From contig VBDY01000123.1 of assembly GCA_005882775.1 (NCBI GenBank), positions 732 to 64,731 on the forward strand: a stretch of 64,000 bases of DNA. Reading direction: 5' to 3'. This document shows positions 13,134 through 20,925 of this stretch, in pieces. Each line of letters opens with the position of its first letter. The stretch's first letter is position 1. The notes beneath the pieces are model-generated. The model saw only the letters and a program-made list of their open reading frames with translations, was not told where the DNA came from and did no database searches. Source of the DNA: Chloroflexota bacterium (lineage in GTDB: Bacteria; Chloroflexota; Dormibacteria; CF-121). Position numbers and translations under genes: made by a program.

Positions 13134-14126
13134 TTAACTGAAGCCGAGGCCCGGGTCGGCGTCGAAAGGCGCGAGATCCGGGCCTTTTCGTTCCCATTGC
13201 TCCAGGGCAGCAGCCCCGATCATGGCGGCGTTGTCGGTGCAGAGGTCGGGCGCCGGCACGATCAGGTGCACCCGGGCGCCGAGGCGCTCGGCAGCCGCCT
13301 TTCGCAGCCGGCGATTCCGGGCCACCCCTCCCCCCAGGATGACAGTCGGAACCGGTTCCGCAGCCAGCGACGCCTCGACGCGCTGGAGCAGCGCGTCCAC
13401 GATCGCCTCCTGGTAGCTGGCAGCCAGGTCGGCACGCTGCTGATCTGTCAGGTCACCCAGCTTGCGGACCTGGTACAGGAGGGAGGTTTTCACCCCGCTG
13501 AAGCTGAAGTCGAGTCCAGGTGCGCGCGGACGCGGGAAGGCGAACGACCTCGGATCCCCGCCCTCGGCCAGCCGGTCTATCGCCGGCCCTCCGGGAAACG
13601 GCAACCCGAGGATCCGGGCGCCCTTGTCGAATGCCTCCCCCGCTGCGTCGTCACGGGTGCGCCCCACCACCTCGATGGCGCCATGTTCCTCCCAGCGGAC
13701 GAGGTCGCTGTGGCCCCCCGATACGATCAACGCCAGCGCGGGAGGCCGAAGGCCAGGCTCCTCGAGCTTCGCGGCGTAGAGGTGACCGGCGAGATGGCTG
13801 ACGCCGATCACCGGTAGACCGCGGGCGAGCCCGATCGACTGCGCCATGTTCACACCGACCAGGAGGGCGCCGATCAAACCAGGTCCCCGGGTAACCGCGA
13901 GCGCGTCGATCTGGTCCCAGGTGCTATCCGCGGTCGCGAGAGCGCGCTCTATCACGGGGATCAACGACTGAAGGTGGGCTCGCGCCGCGATCTCCGGAAC
14001 CACTCCACCGTAGGGCGCATGCAGCTCATCCTGAGACCGGATCACATTTGAACGAAGCCGCGGTCCGCTCTCGACAACGGCTGCCGCCGTCTCGTCACAG
14101 GAGGTCTCGATCGCCAGGAATATCAG
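13134..14126 (-). CDS. tsaD: tRNA N6-adenosine threonylcarbamoyltransferase TsaD (Kae1/Gcp family)
   Basis: HLAGHLYAA metal-binding motif and Gcp-like sequence. The conserved N-terminus (L)IFLAIETSCDETAAAVV lies upstream of the first canonical start (GTG 14045). The only in-frame candidate giving M-x-x-L-A-IETSCD is CTG at 14124-14126, immediately after the rimI stop. Confidence 0.8.
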   Translation of the reverse strand: MIFLAIETSCDETAAAVVESGPRLRSNVIRSQDELHAPYGGVVPEIAARAHLQSLIPVIERALATADSTWDQIDALAVTRGPGLIGALLVGVNMAQSIGLARGLPVIGVSHLAGHLYAAKLEEPGLRPPALALIVSGGHSDLVRWEEHGAIEVVGRTRDDAAGEAFDKGARILGLPFPGGPAIDRLAEGGDPRSFAFPRPRAPGLDFSFSGVKTSLLYQVRKLGDLTDQQRADLAASYQEAIVDALLQRVEASLAAEPVPTVILGGGVARNRRLRKAAAERLGARVHLIVPAPDLCTDNAAMIGAAALEQWERKGPDLAPFDADPGLGFS

Positions 14127-14142
14127 GGCGGTGCCGCGGTGC

Positions 14143-14685
14143 TTACAGTGGGGCGGTGCTGTCGACGCCCTCGACCTCGAGCGACTCGAGGATTTCCCTG
14201 AAGCGCTTTTTGAAGCTCGGCGCCTGGATCGAATCCGACCACATCACGATCGCATCCTCATTGTTGTCGGTGTAATAGCCTCGCCGCCGGCCGATGACCT
14301 TGAAGCCAAACTTCTCGTACAGCCGGACGGCGACGTCGTTGGAGGGTCGTACCTCCAGGGTCATCCAGCGCGAGCCCAACCTGTAGGCCCGCTGGATGAG
14401 CGCGGCCATCAAAGCGTGGCCATACCCTTTTCCCTGCTCGCCCCCGCGCACACCCACAGTCGTCACATGTGCCTCGTCGCTCATTTTCCAGAGGCCCGCG
14501 TAGCCCACGATCTCGTCGTCCCGGCGCAGCACGATGTAGTACGCGGACCGGTTGTGATGCAGCTCGCGATAGTAGGCATTCTTCGGCCAGGGTGTGGGGA
14601 AGATCTCCTTCTCGATCTGCTGGATCTGGGGGATATCCTCCTCGCGCATGCCGTCGATAAGGACTCGGGATTTCAGTTGCATCAT
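14143..14685 (-). CDS. rimI: Ribosomal-protein-alanine N-acetyltransferase RimI (GNAT)
   Basis: 180-aa GNAT with the RimI-like motif VGVRGGEQGKGYGHALM. It sits between tsaB and tsaD in the conserved arrangement. Confidence 0.85.
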   Translation of the reverse strand: MMQLKSRVLIDGMREEDIPQIQQIEKEIFPTPWPKNAYYRELHHNRSAYYIVLRRDDEIVGYAGLWKMSDEAHVTTVGVRGGEQGKGYGHALMAALIQRAYRLGSRWMTLEVRPSNDVAVRLYEKFGFKVIGRRRGYYTDNNEDAIVMWSDSIQAPSFKKRFREILESLEVEGVDSTAPL

Positions 14686-15332
14686 GGTTGGTTGCCTTTT
14701 CGCTCTTCGGCCGCTGCAGGCTGCGAATAGAGCGCCTGCAACTCATCATATCGCACAGGTTTTGCGTGATCAAAAATCTCGTTCGCGATGGTCACCATGG
14801 CGTCACTCAGTGGTTGCTGCTCGCCCGCCGGAACCTCCAGCCCGGCGCGGTTGGGTGCCCAGCGCAGCAACGCGCCTGCCGGTTCGACCAGGACCAGGTC
14901 TCCTGGGCGCAGCCAGGCATCGATTCCCTGCACCGGCAGCCGGAGGGCGCCCTCCCGCCGGCGCCAGGCGTAGACCTCGTTGCGGCCTGCGTCCCGGAGA
15001 ACGGCTGAGGCCGCTTGCCCCCGCGCCCGGGCAGCAACCATCTCCAGGCTGTCAACCAGGTAAAGCGGAATCTGCCGCCCGTACGCCAGTCCGGCCGCCA
15101 GCGAGAGACCCACCCGCAGGCCGGTGAAGGACCCCGGGCCTCGGCCCGCGGCCACGCCGTCGAGGTCCCTCGGCGACCAACCCGCGCCTGAAAGCAGGTC
15201 GGCGAGCCGGACGATGGCAGGAGCGGAAATACCGGCGCGGGTCCAGGTCACGCTACCCGCACATCGGCCATCCTCGATAAGCACCATCGCATACTCGGTG
15301 CCGGAGGTGTCAAGCGCGAGACGTCTGGCCAC
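14682..15332 (-). CDS. tsaB: tRNA threonylcarbamoyladenosine biosynthesis protein TsaB (YeaZ)
   Basis: The track's 412-aa ORF is over-extended upstream. Real protein starts at GTG 15332 (MARRLALDTSGTEYAMVLIEDGR...) and overlaps the tsaE end by 23 nt. Confidence 0.8.
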   Translation of the reverse strand: MARRLALDTSGTEYAMVLIEDGRCAGSVTWTRAGISAPAIVRLADLLSGAGWSPRDLDGVAAGRGPGSFTGLRVGLSLAAGLAYGRQIPLYLVDSLEMVAARARGQAASAVLRDAGRNEVYAWRRREGALRLPVQGIDAWLRPGDLVLVEPAGALLRWAPNRAGLEVPAGEQQPLSDAMVTIANEIFDHAKPVRYDELQALYSQPAAAEERKGNQP

Positions 15333-15777
15333 TAAAGACTGCCCGAACCCGGTCCGGGCCCTTGAGAAATGTGAGGCGCCGCTTGCGCTCGGTGACGACC
15401 TCAAGGCGGATCCGCACCGTCGACCAGGCATCCAGGACGCCGGCCCGGTCCGACCATTCCACGACCGTGATGCTGTCGGGCGCCGGTTCGTCCAGCCCCG
15501 CGTCACTCCACTCCATACCGTGCAAGCGATACAGGTCGTAGTGGTCGACCGGCACCCGCCCCGGATATCGATGATGAAGCACGAAGGTGGGGCTGTGGAC
15601 GGTCGTGGTGACCTCAAGAGCTTCGGCAATCCCCTGCACGAGCACGGTTTTCCCGCTCCCCAGGTCTCCCTCCAGGGCAACCAGGTCCCCGGCCGCCAGG
15701 ACCGACCCGAGCCGGCGGCCGAAGTCGTGCGTGCCCTCGACCGACTCGGTCTTAACGGAAGTGTTCGAATCCACCAT
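15310..15777 (-). CDS. tsaE: tRNA threonylcarbamoyladenosine biosynthesis ATPase TsaE (YjeE)
   Basis: 155 aa with P-loop GDLGSGKT and a YjeE-like sequence. Confidence 0.85.
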   Translation of the reverse strand: MVDSNTSVKTESVEGTHDFGRRLGSVLAAGDLVALEGDLGSGKTVLVQGIAEALEVTTTVHSPTFVLHHRYPGRVPVDHYDLYRLHGMEWSDAGLDEPAPDSITVVEWSDRAGVLDAWSTVRIRLEVVTERKRRLTFLKGPDRVRAVFSGQTSRA

Positions 15778-16745
15778 GCCTTAGCCGCAGCCGCCGCCCA
15801 TTGCGGACCAGGGTGATTCCTGGCTCGCGGGTCAGCCGTCCCACCTGGGTGAGTCGAAGCCCGGTGCTTGCGCGCAGTGCCGCCGCGGCCGTATCCAGTT
15901 GCCGCCGGGGTGCGGCGCAAATCAGCTCGTAGTCCTCGGAATCAAAAAGAGCCAACCGCCAGGCGGCCACGCCGTGACACCGGCCCAGGGATGCCTCGAT
16001 TGGTAACTCGTCAGCCCAGAGTTCGGCGCCGAGTCCAGCAGGTTCGGCGATCTTCTCCACCTCGCGATAGAGGCCATCGCTGATGTCCCCCGCCACCCGC
16101 ACTCCGGCGCGTCGCAGGATCTGGGCTGCCTCGAGACGAGGAACCGGTTCCAGCTGCGCCCTGACCCAGCTCCGCTCCGCCGGAGTTGCCGGACGACGGC
16201 CGCCTTCGAGAAGCTTCAACCCGGCAGCAGCTGAACCCAACCGGCCGGTTACTCCGATACGCCAACCTGCCCTGGCGCCCCGGCGCGTCAGCGGGCGACT
16301 GCCTTTTGGGAGCTCACCGAAAACCGCGGCGGTCAGCGTGAGCGGCCCCCGGGTAGCGCTCAGATCGCCCCCGGCGATCGCACAACCAAATCGCTGAGCT
16401 TGCTGGGCAATACCGGCATACAGGCGGTCGATCGCCCAAGTCGAGAGGGCACGGGGAAGCGCCAGGGATACCAGCGCATATCGAGGCGTCGCGCCCATGG
16501 CGGCCAGGTCGCTGAGGTTGATCGTCATCAGCCGGCGGCCCAGCTTGCGGAAATCAAAACCGGGCCAGCGACGGCGGAAGTCGATGTCCTCGACCATGGT
16601 GTCCACCGTGGCCACAACTCTGGTGGATCCGATGCGCCAGACAGCGGCGTCGTCGTCGGGCGCCGGGATGATGAGCCTGCTGCTGGCGCGCGCCAGGTAG
16701 GGGCGAAGTGACCTGAGCAGGCCGCGCTCGCCCAGGCCGGCCAGG
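15752..16745 (-). CDS. thiL: Thiamine-monophosphate kinase ThiL
   Basis: PurM-like protein. The conserved N-terminus ...LAGLGERGLLRSL...PAPDDDAAVW...VVATVDTMVEDIDF extends about 45 codons upstream of the track's ATG (16615). No ATG, GTG or TTG occurs between the thiSG stop and that motif; candidate starts are CTG at about 16745 or 16735, or ATC at about 16766. Confidence 0.75.
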
Positions 16746-16772
16746 GTGCCCGACCGCCGCCTGATGGTCGAC

Positions 16773-17759
16773 TTAAACGGGAACGCCCTCCACCGGGCTG
16801 CTGGCGACCGCCTTGAGACCTATGTGGGCGCGCCCAGCGCGAAAAGCCCGCCGGCCGGCAGTCACCGCCTCCGCGAATGCGCGCGCCATCTCGGGTGGAT
16901 CCTGGGCACGCGCAATCGCAGTGTTCACGAGCACACCATCGATGCCCAGCTCCAGGCAGCGGGCTGCTTCGGAGGGGACGCCCAGGCCGGCGTCGACGAT
17001 AACGGGCACCTTCACCTTCTGCTTGATCAGCTGCAGGTTGAGGAGATTTTGTAAGCCGAGGGTTGTGCCGATCGGAGCCGCGCCTGGCATGATCGCGGCG
17101 GCTCCGGCTTCGTAAAGCCGGATCGCCTGTACCACGTCGTCGCTGGTGTAGGGCATGACGATGAAGCCCTCCTTCACCAGCTGCTGGGTCGCCAGCAGGG
17201 TCGCCTGGGGATCGGGCAGCAGCGTGTCCTCGTCGCCGACCACCTCCACCTTGATGAACTCCGAGAAGCCCGCCGCCCGGGCGAGGCGCGCCATCCGCAC
17301 CGCCCCCTCCGCGGTGGTGGCGCCGGCGGTGTTCGGCAGGAGTGTGTAGCGGCGCAGGTTGACGCCTTCGAGCTCCGACCGACCGCCCTCCAGGCTCAGC
17401 CGGCGGATGGCGACCGTGATCATGTCCGGCCCCGCGGCCTCGAGACAGCGCACCAGGACCTCGTTCGACGCGAATTTTCCGGTCCCGTGTATCAGGCGCG
17501 AGCGCAACGCACGTCCCCCCACGACAAAGGGGTCGGAGCCGTCGGCGGCCCCACCGCCGACGAAATAGACCAGCTCCAGCTCGTCACCCTCACCAACCTG
17601 GGTGTTCTCGAAGTCCTCGCGGCGCCGGATCTGCCGGTTGTGCTCGATCACCACTCGCGACGGTTGCACGTCGAGCTGTTCCAGAAGCTGGAGCAAGGTC
17701 AGCCCCTGCGGCACCGTTCGCGGTTTCCCGTTCAGCGTGACGTTGACCTCCTGGCTCAT
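16773..17759 (-). CDS. thiG: ThiS-ThiG fusion (sulfur-carrier ThiS domain ending GGG, fused to thiazole synthase ThiG)
   Basis: The N-terminal 70 aa MSQEVNVTLNGKPRTV...ELELVYFVGGG is ThiS-like. The remainder matches ThiG (IHGTGKF..., IMPGAAPIG). Confidence 0.85.
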   Translation of the reverse strand: MSQEVNVTLNGKPRTVPQGLTLLQLLEQLDVQPSRVVIEHNRQIRRREDFENTQVGEGDELELVYFVGGGAADGSDPFVVGGRALRSRLIHGTGKFASNEVLVRCLEAAGPDMITVAIRRLSLEGGRSELEGVNLRRYTLLPNTAGATTAEGAVRMARLARAAGFSEFIKVEVVGDEDTLLPDPQATLLATQQLVKEGFIVMPYTSDDVVQAIRLYEAGAAAIMPGAAPIGTTLGLQNLLNLQLIKQKVKVPVIVDAGLGVPSEAARCLELGIDGVLVNTAIARAQDPPEMARAFAEAVTAGRRAFRAGRAHIGLKAVASSPVEGVPV

Positions 17760-18424
17760 ACCACAACCTTGAGCCGGGCTTCGACAGCGGCACGCAGCAT
17801 GCGCGAAGCCCCGGCCGGATCCGGGGCGTCATACACGGCGCGAACCACGGCTACCGCCCGGGCGCCTGCCTCGAGAACCTGGCCGATATTCGAGGCCTCG
17901 ATTCCGCCGATCGCGACAAATGGAATGTTCAGGCTCGAGGACACCTCCCGCACGAGACCCGTGCCCACAGCCGGGCGGCCCGGCTTGGTGGGTGTGGCAA
18001 AGACCGGGCCGACCCCGAGATAGTCGGCGCCGCCGCTGGCGGCAGACCGGGCCTGTTCGAGTGAATGCGTCGAGCAGCCGATCAGCCGCCCTTCGAACCC
18101 GGCCAGGGCACGAGCCACGAATAGCGGCAGGTCGCCCTGTCCCAGATGGACGCCGTCGGCGTCGATCGCGAGCGCCAGGTCGGCGTGGTCGTTGACGATC
18201 AGCAGGGCGCCACGCTCCTGTGTGATGGGCCGGAGCCGGCGGCCGAGCCGGTACTGGTCAGCTTTGGACATGTCCTTCTTGCGCATCTGAATGACATCGG
18301 CGCCACCTTGCAGGGCGGCTTCAACGATCCGGACGGTCTCCTCGATCCCGCCGGCCTCACCTGTGACCACGTACAGGCGCATGCGATCGAGCCGCTTGCG
18401 CCGGTCCTCGCCAGATGTCTCCAT
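17756..18424 (-). CDS. thiE: Thiamine-phosphate synthase ThiE
   Basis: ThiE-like sequence (LYVVTG..., GADYLGVGPVFATPTK). The likely start METSGEDRR at 18424 is the first ATG after the riboswitch; the track ORF is over-extended. Confidence 0.85.
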   Translation of the reverse strand: METSGEDRRKRLDRMRLYVVTGEAGGIEETVRIVEAALQGGADVIQMRKKDMSKADQYRLGRRLRPITQERGALLIVNDHADLALAIDADGVHLGQGDLPLFVARALAGFEGRLIGCSTHSLEQARSAASGGADYLGVGPVFATPTKPGRPAVGTGLVREVSSSLNIPFVAIGGIEASNIGQVLEAGARAVAVVRAVYDAPDPAGASRMLRAAVEARLKVVV

Positions 18425-18439
18425 CAAAAAAGCATCCCG

Positions 18440-18550
18440 CCCAGCAGCGCGGAATGCCTGAGAGCCCTTCCCTCCGCAGGTCCTAACCTGGTCAGGTGAC
18501 TTAGGGTCGGCGCGCGGCGCCGTCTCAGCATTCCGCTCCCCTAGGGCACT
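18440..18550 (-). promoter_or_regulatory. TPP (THI-box) riboswitch in the 5' leader of thiE
   Basis: Minus-strand sequence CUAGGGGAGCGGAAUGCUGAGA...ACCCUAAGUCACCUGACCAGGUUAGGACCUGCGGAGGGAAG matches the conserved TPP aptamer blocks (GGGG.GC, GCUGAGA, ACCC, ACCUGA, GGGAAG). It is followed by a segment complementary to the CUGAGA region and a U6 tract before the thiE ATG. Confidence 0.8.
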
Positions 18551-18553
18551 CCC

Positions 18554-18559
18554 ATTATA
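18554..18559 (-). promoter_or_regulatory. Perfect -10 hexamer TATAAT about 8 nt upstream of the riboswitch 5' end (overlaps the alr stop)
   Basis: Minus strand reads ccTATAATgggagtgccc. No strong -35 is recognisable. Confidence 0.4.
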
Positions 18560-19667
18560 GGTTGCGGTAGCGGCGCGGCACCCTTGCCGAGATCGCACAG
18601 AGGACCTCATACGAGATGGTCTCACCGGCCTTCGCCACGTCGTCAGCCTGCCAGCTTGCCTCGCCGTCGCTGCCAATCAGGCAGGCGATGTCGCCGATCT
18701 CCACGCCGGGGACGGTGGAAACGTCTACCGTCGCCTGGTCCATGCTGATAGTGCCCACGATTGGCACGATCTGCCCCCGCACGACGGCACGGCCCCGGTT
18801 CGACAAACGCCGGTGCAGTCCGTCAGCGTAGCCAGCCGCCAGTGTGGCCACCTTCGTCGGTTGCGCTGCCGTGAAGCGCCGCCCGTATCCCACGGTGCCA
18901 CCGACCGGGACCAGATGGACGTTGGTGACCATGGCCTGCCAGGACAGGGCTGGGCGGAGCGAGGGAAGGTCACGCCAGTCCTGGACCGGCCGGACGCCGT
19001 AGATGATCAGGCCGGCTCGCACCATGTCGAGTCGCGCCTCGGGTAGGCGTAGCAGCGCGGCCGAATTGGCGGCATGGCTGATGAAACCGCTCGCGCCTTC
19101 CTGCACGATCCGCGTCCGCGCCTCGAGGTATGCGGCGAGCTGCTGCCGCGTGAAATCAGGTTCGGATTCCGCGGACGCGAAGTGGGTCCAGAAGCCTTCC
19201 AGCCGCAGGTTGGGCGATCGACGGAGCTCGCGGACGAGTCGTACCGCGTCGCCGGCAGGCGCGCCCAGGCGGTTCATGCCGGTATTCACCTTCACATGCA
19301 CCGCGACTGGGGACTCGATGCGCTGCAGGGCCTCGAGCGAAGCCTGGTCGTACAGCGTGAGCGAGAGCCTGGCGGCGATCGCCGCGGATAATGCGGCCGG
19401 GGGTGTGTAGCCCATATTGAGGATGGGCACGCTAATTCCGGACTGCCGGAGCTCGACCCCCTCGGCAACGGACGAAACTCCAAGCCAGGTGGCGCCGCCT
19501 GAAAGGGCCGCCTGCGCGACCTCCACGGCGCCGTGGCCGTAGCCGTTGGCCTTGACCACTGCCATCACGGCAGTCGACTGCCCGACCAGGTCCTTGACCA
19601 GGCGGGCATTGTGAGAGATGGCGCCCAGGTCGACGTCCGCCCACTTGGTGGCGGCGTCGCGAGTCAC
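18555..19667 (-). CDS. alr: Alanine racemase
   Basis: 370 aa with the PLP-binding motif AVVKANGYGHG. Confidence 0.9.
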   Translation of the reverse strand: MTRDAATKWADVDLGAISHNARLVKDLVGQSTAVMAVVKANGYGHGAVEVAQAALSGGATWLGVSSVAEGVELRQSGISVPILNMGYTPPAALSAAIAARLSLTLYDQASLEALQRIESPVAVHVKVNTGMNRLGAPAGDAVRLVRELRRSPNLRLEGFWTHFASAESEPDFTRQQLAAYLEARTRIVQEGASGFISHAANSAALLRLPEARLDMVRAGLIIYGVRPVQDWRDLPSLRPALSWQAMVTNVHLVPVGGTVGYGRRFTAAQPTKVATLAAGYADGLHRRLSNRGRAVVRGQIVPIVGTISMDQATVDVSTVPGVEIGDIACLIGSDGEASWQADDVAKAGETISYEVLCAISARVPRRYRNL

Positions 19668-20902
19668 GATTGAATCGACCGGACCCTTTCCATGATTCGC
19701 GGGATCTCCGGTAGCAGGTCGGAGGCAAGCCCACCGGCTTTTCCAAGTTGCCGCTCCAGCTCGAGTCCGGCCAGCGCATGCAGGTGCACACCGGTGACGG
19801 CTGCCTCGTACGACGTGAGGCCCTGGCCGCGGAGCGATGCGATCACACCGGACAGAACATCACCAGTTCCGCCCGAAGCCAGCGCCGGGGTCGCGATCGG
19901 GTCCACGCTGACTCGGCCATCCGGGGACGCCACCACGGTGCCGGCACCCTTGAGGACGACAACCTTATTCCAGGCCCTGGCGAAACGCAGGGCGACCCCA
20001 CGTCGATCCGCCTGGACCGCGGGCACGTCCAGCCCACTCAGACGACCGAACTCCGCCGGATGGGGCGTCAGGATGATCTGATCGGATAGCCGCGGTAGCA
20101 GCGATCGGTGCTCGGATAGCAGGTTCAGGGCATCGGCGTCGAGGACCAGCGGCGCCGCAATCCGTGGGATGGCATCCTCGATCAGCCGCCGGGTCGAGGC
20201 GTCGCGACCCAGCCCTGGCCCGATGACGCCGGCATCGGCCCCGGTGAATCCCCGCAGCACGCCGCTGACGGAGGCATGTCCGACCACGCCGGGGGCGATC
20301 TCCGGCAAAGGAGCCACCATCACCTCGGTGCACTTCTGCGCGAGGATCGGGTAGATCGTGTGAGCCACCAGCAGCCGGACCAGGCCGGAGCCCGTGCGAG
20401 CCGCTCCCATGCTCGACAGGTAGGCGGCGCCGGTAAATCCCTGTGAGCCGGCCAGCACCACGACGGTCCCGAAGGTCCCCTTGTGGCCGTCGGCCGGACG
20501 ATCCGGCAACCGGAAGTCCGGGGGAAGTGCGGGCCCCACCTGGAGGGCATCGCCCTCCGGAATGACGGCAACCGCCACGGCAAAATGGCCGTCGTGGGCG
20601 ATGCTGACGTCGATCGTGCGACCGGTCAGGGTCGTGTGAGGGGCCACCATGACATGGGGACGGCCATCGTCGCTGGGCAAGATCTCGACGTCCCGCATGC
20701 GCGGCCGGGGCACGCCGGTCGGCATCGCCTTGCCGATCGCCTCCTTCGCCGCCCAGCGGCCTGCCTGCCGCTCAGCGCTGTCGCCGCAGTAGGCGATCTC
20801 ACGCTCGCTCAAGAATTTCCGAAGGAAGCGCTGGCCGAATTTCGCATAGGCCTCCGCCACCCGGGGGACCGCCGCGACGTCCACGCCGACTCTTGGGGTC
20901 AT
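19664..20902 (-). CDS. acpS: Fusion of holo-ACP synthase (AcpS) and ADP-dependent NAD(P)H-hydrate dehydratase (YjeF C-terminal domain)
   Basis: Residues about 30-150 are AcpS-like (MTPRVGVDVAAV...IDVSIAHDGHFAVAVAV). Residues about 160-441 are YjeF_C-like (HKGTFGTVVVLAGSQGFTGAAYL...GPGLG...GGTGDVLSG). One continuous ORF; the likely start is MTPRV at 20902. Confidence 0.75.
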   Translation of the reverse strand: MTPRVGVDVAAVPRVAEAYAKFGQRFLRKFLSEREIAYCGDSAERQAGRWAAKEAIGKAMPTGVPRPRMRDVEILPSDDGRPHVMVAPHTTLTGRTIDVSIAHDGHFAVAVAVIPEGDALQVGPALPPDFRLPDRPADGHKGTFGTVVVLAGSQGFTGAAYLSSMGAARTGSGLVRLLVAHTIYPILAQKCTEVMVAPLPEIAPGVVGHASVSGVLRGFTGADAGVIGPGLGRDASTRRLIEDAIPRIAAPLVLDADALNLLSEHRSLLPRLSDQIILTPHPAEFGRLSGLDVPAVQADRRGVALRFARAWNKVVVLKGAGTVVASPDGRVSVDPIATPALASGGTGDVLSGVIASLRGQGLTSYEAAVTGVHLHALAGLELERQLGKAGGLASDLLPEIPRIMERVRSIQS

Positions 20903-20925
20903 CGTTTTCGTTGCCGCTACCGCGG

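Noticed and set aside
14682-15920. 412-aa single ORF spanning tsaB and overlapping tsaE
   Set aside because: Only the C-terminal 216 aa are TsaB-like. The upstream 196 aa are Arg/Pro-rich junk in a frame overlapping the genuine tsaE, and a GTG start at 15332 gives the proper TsaB N-terminus.
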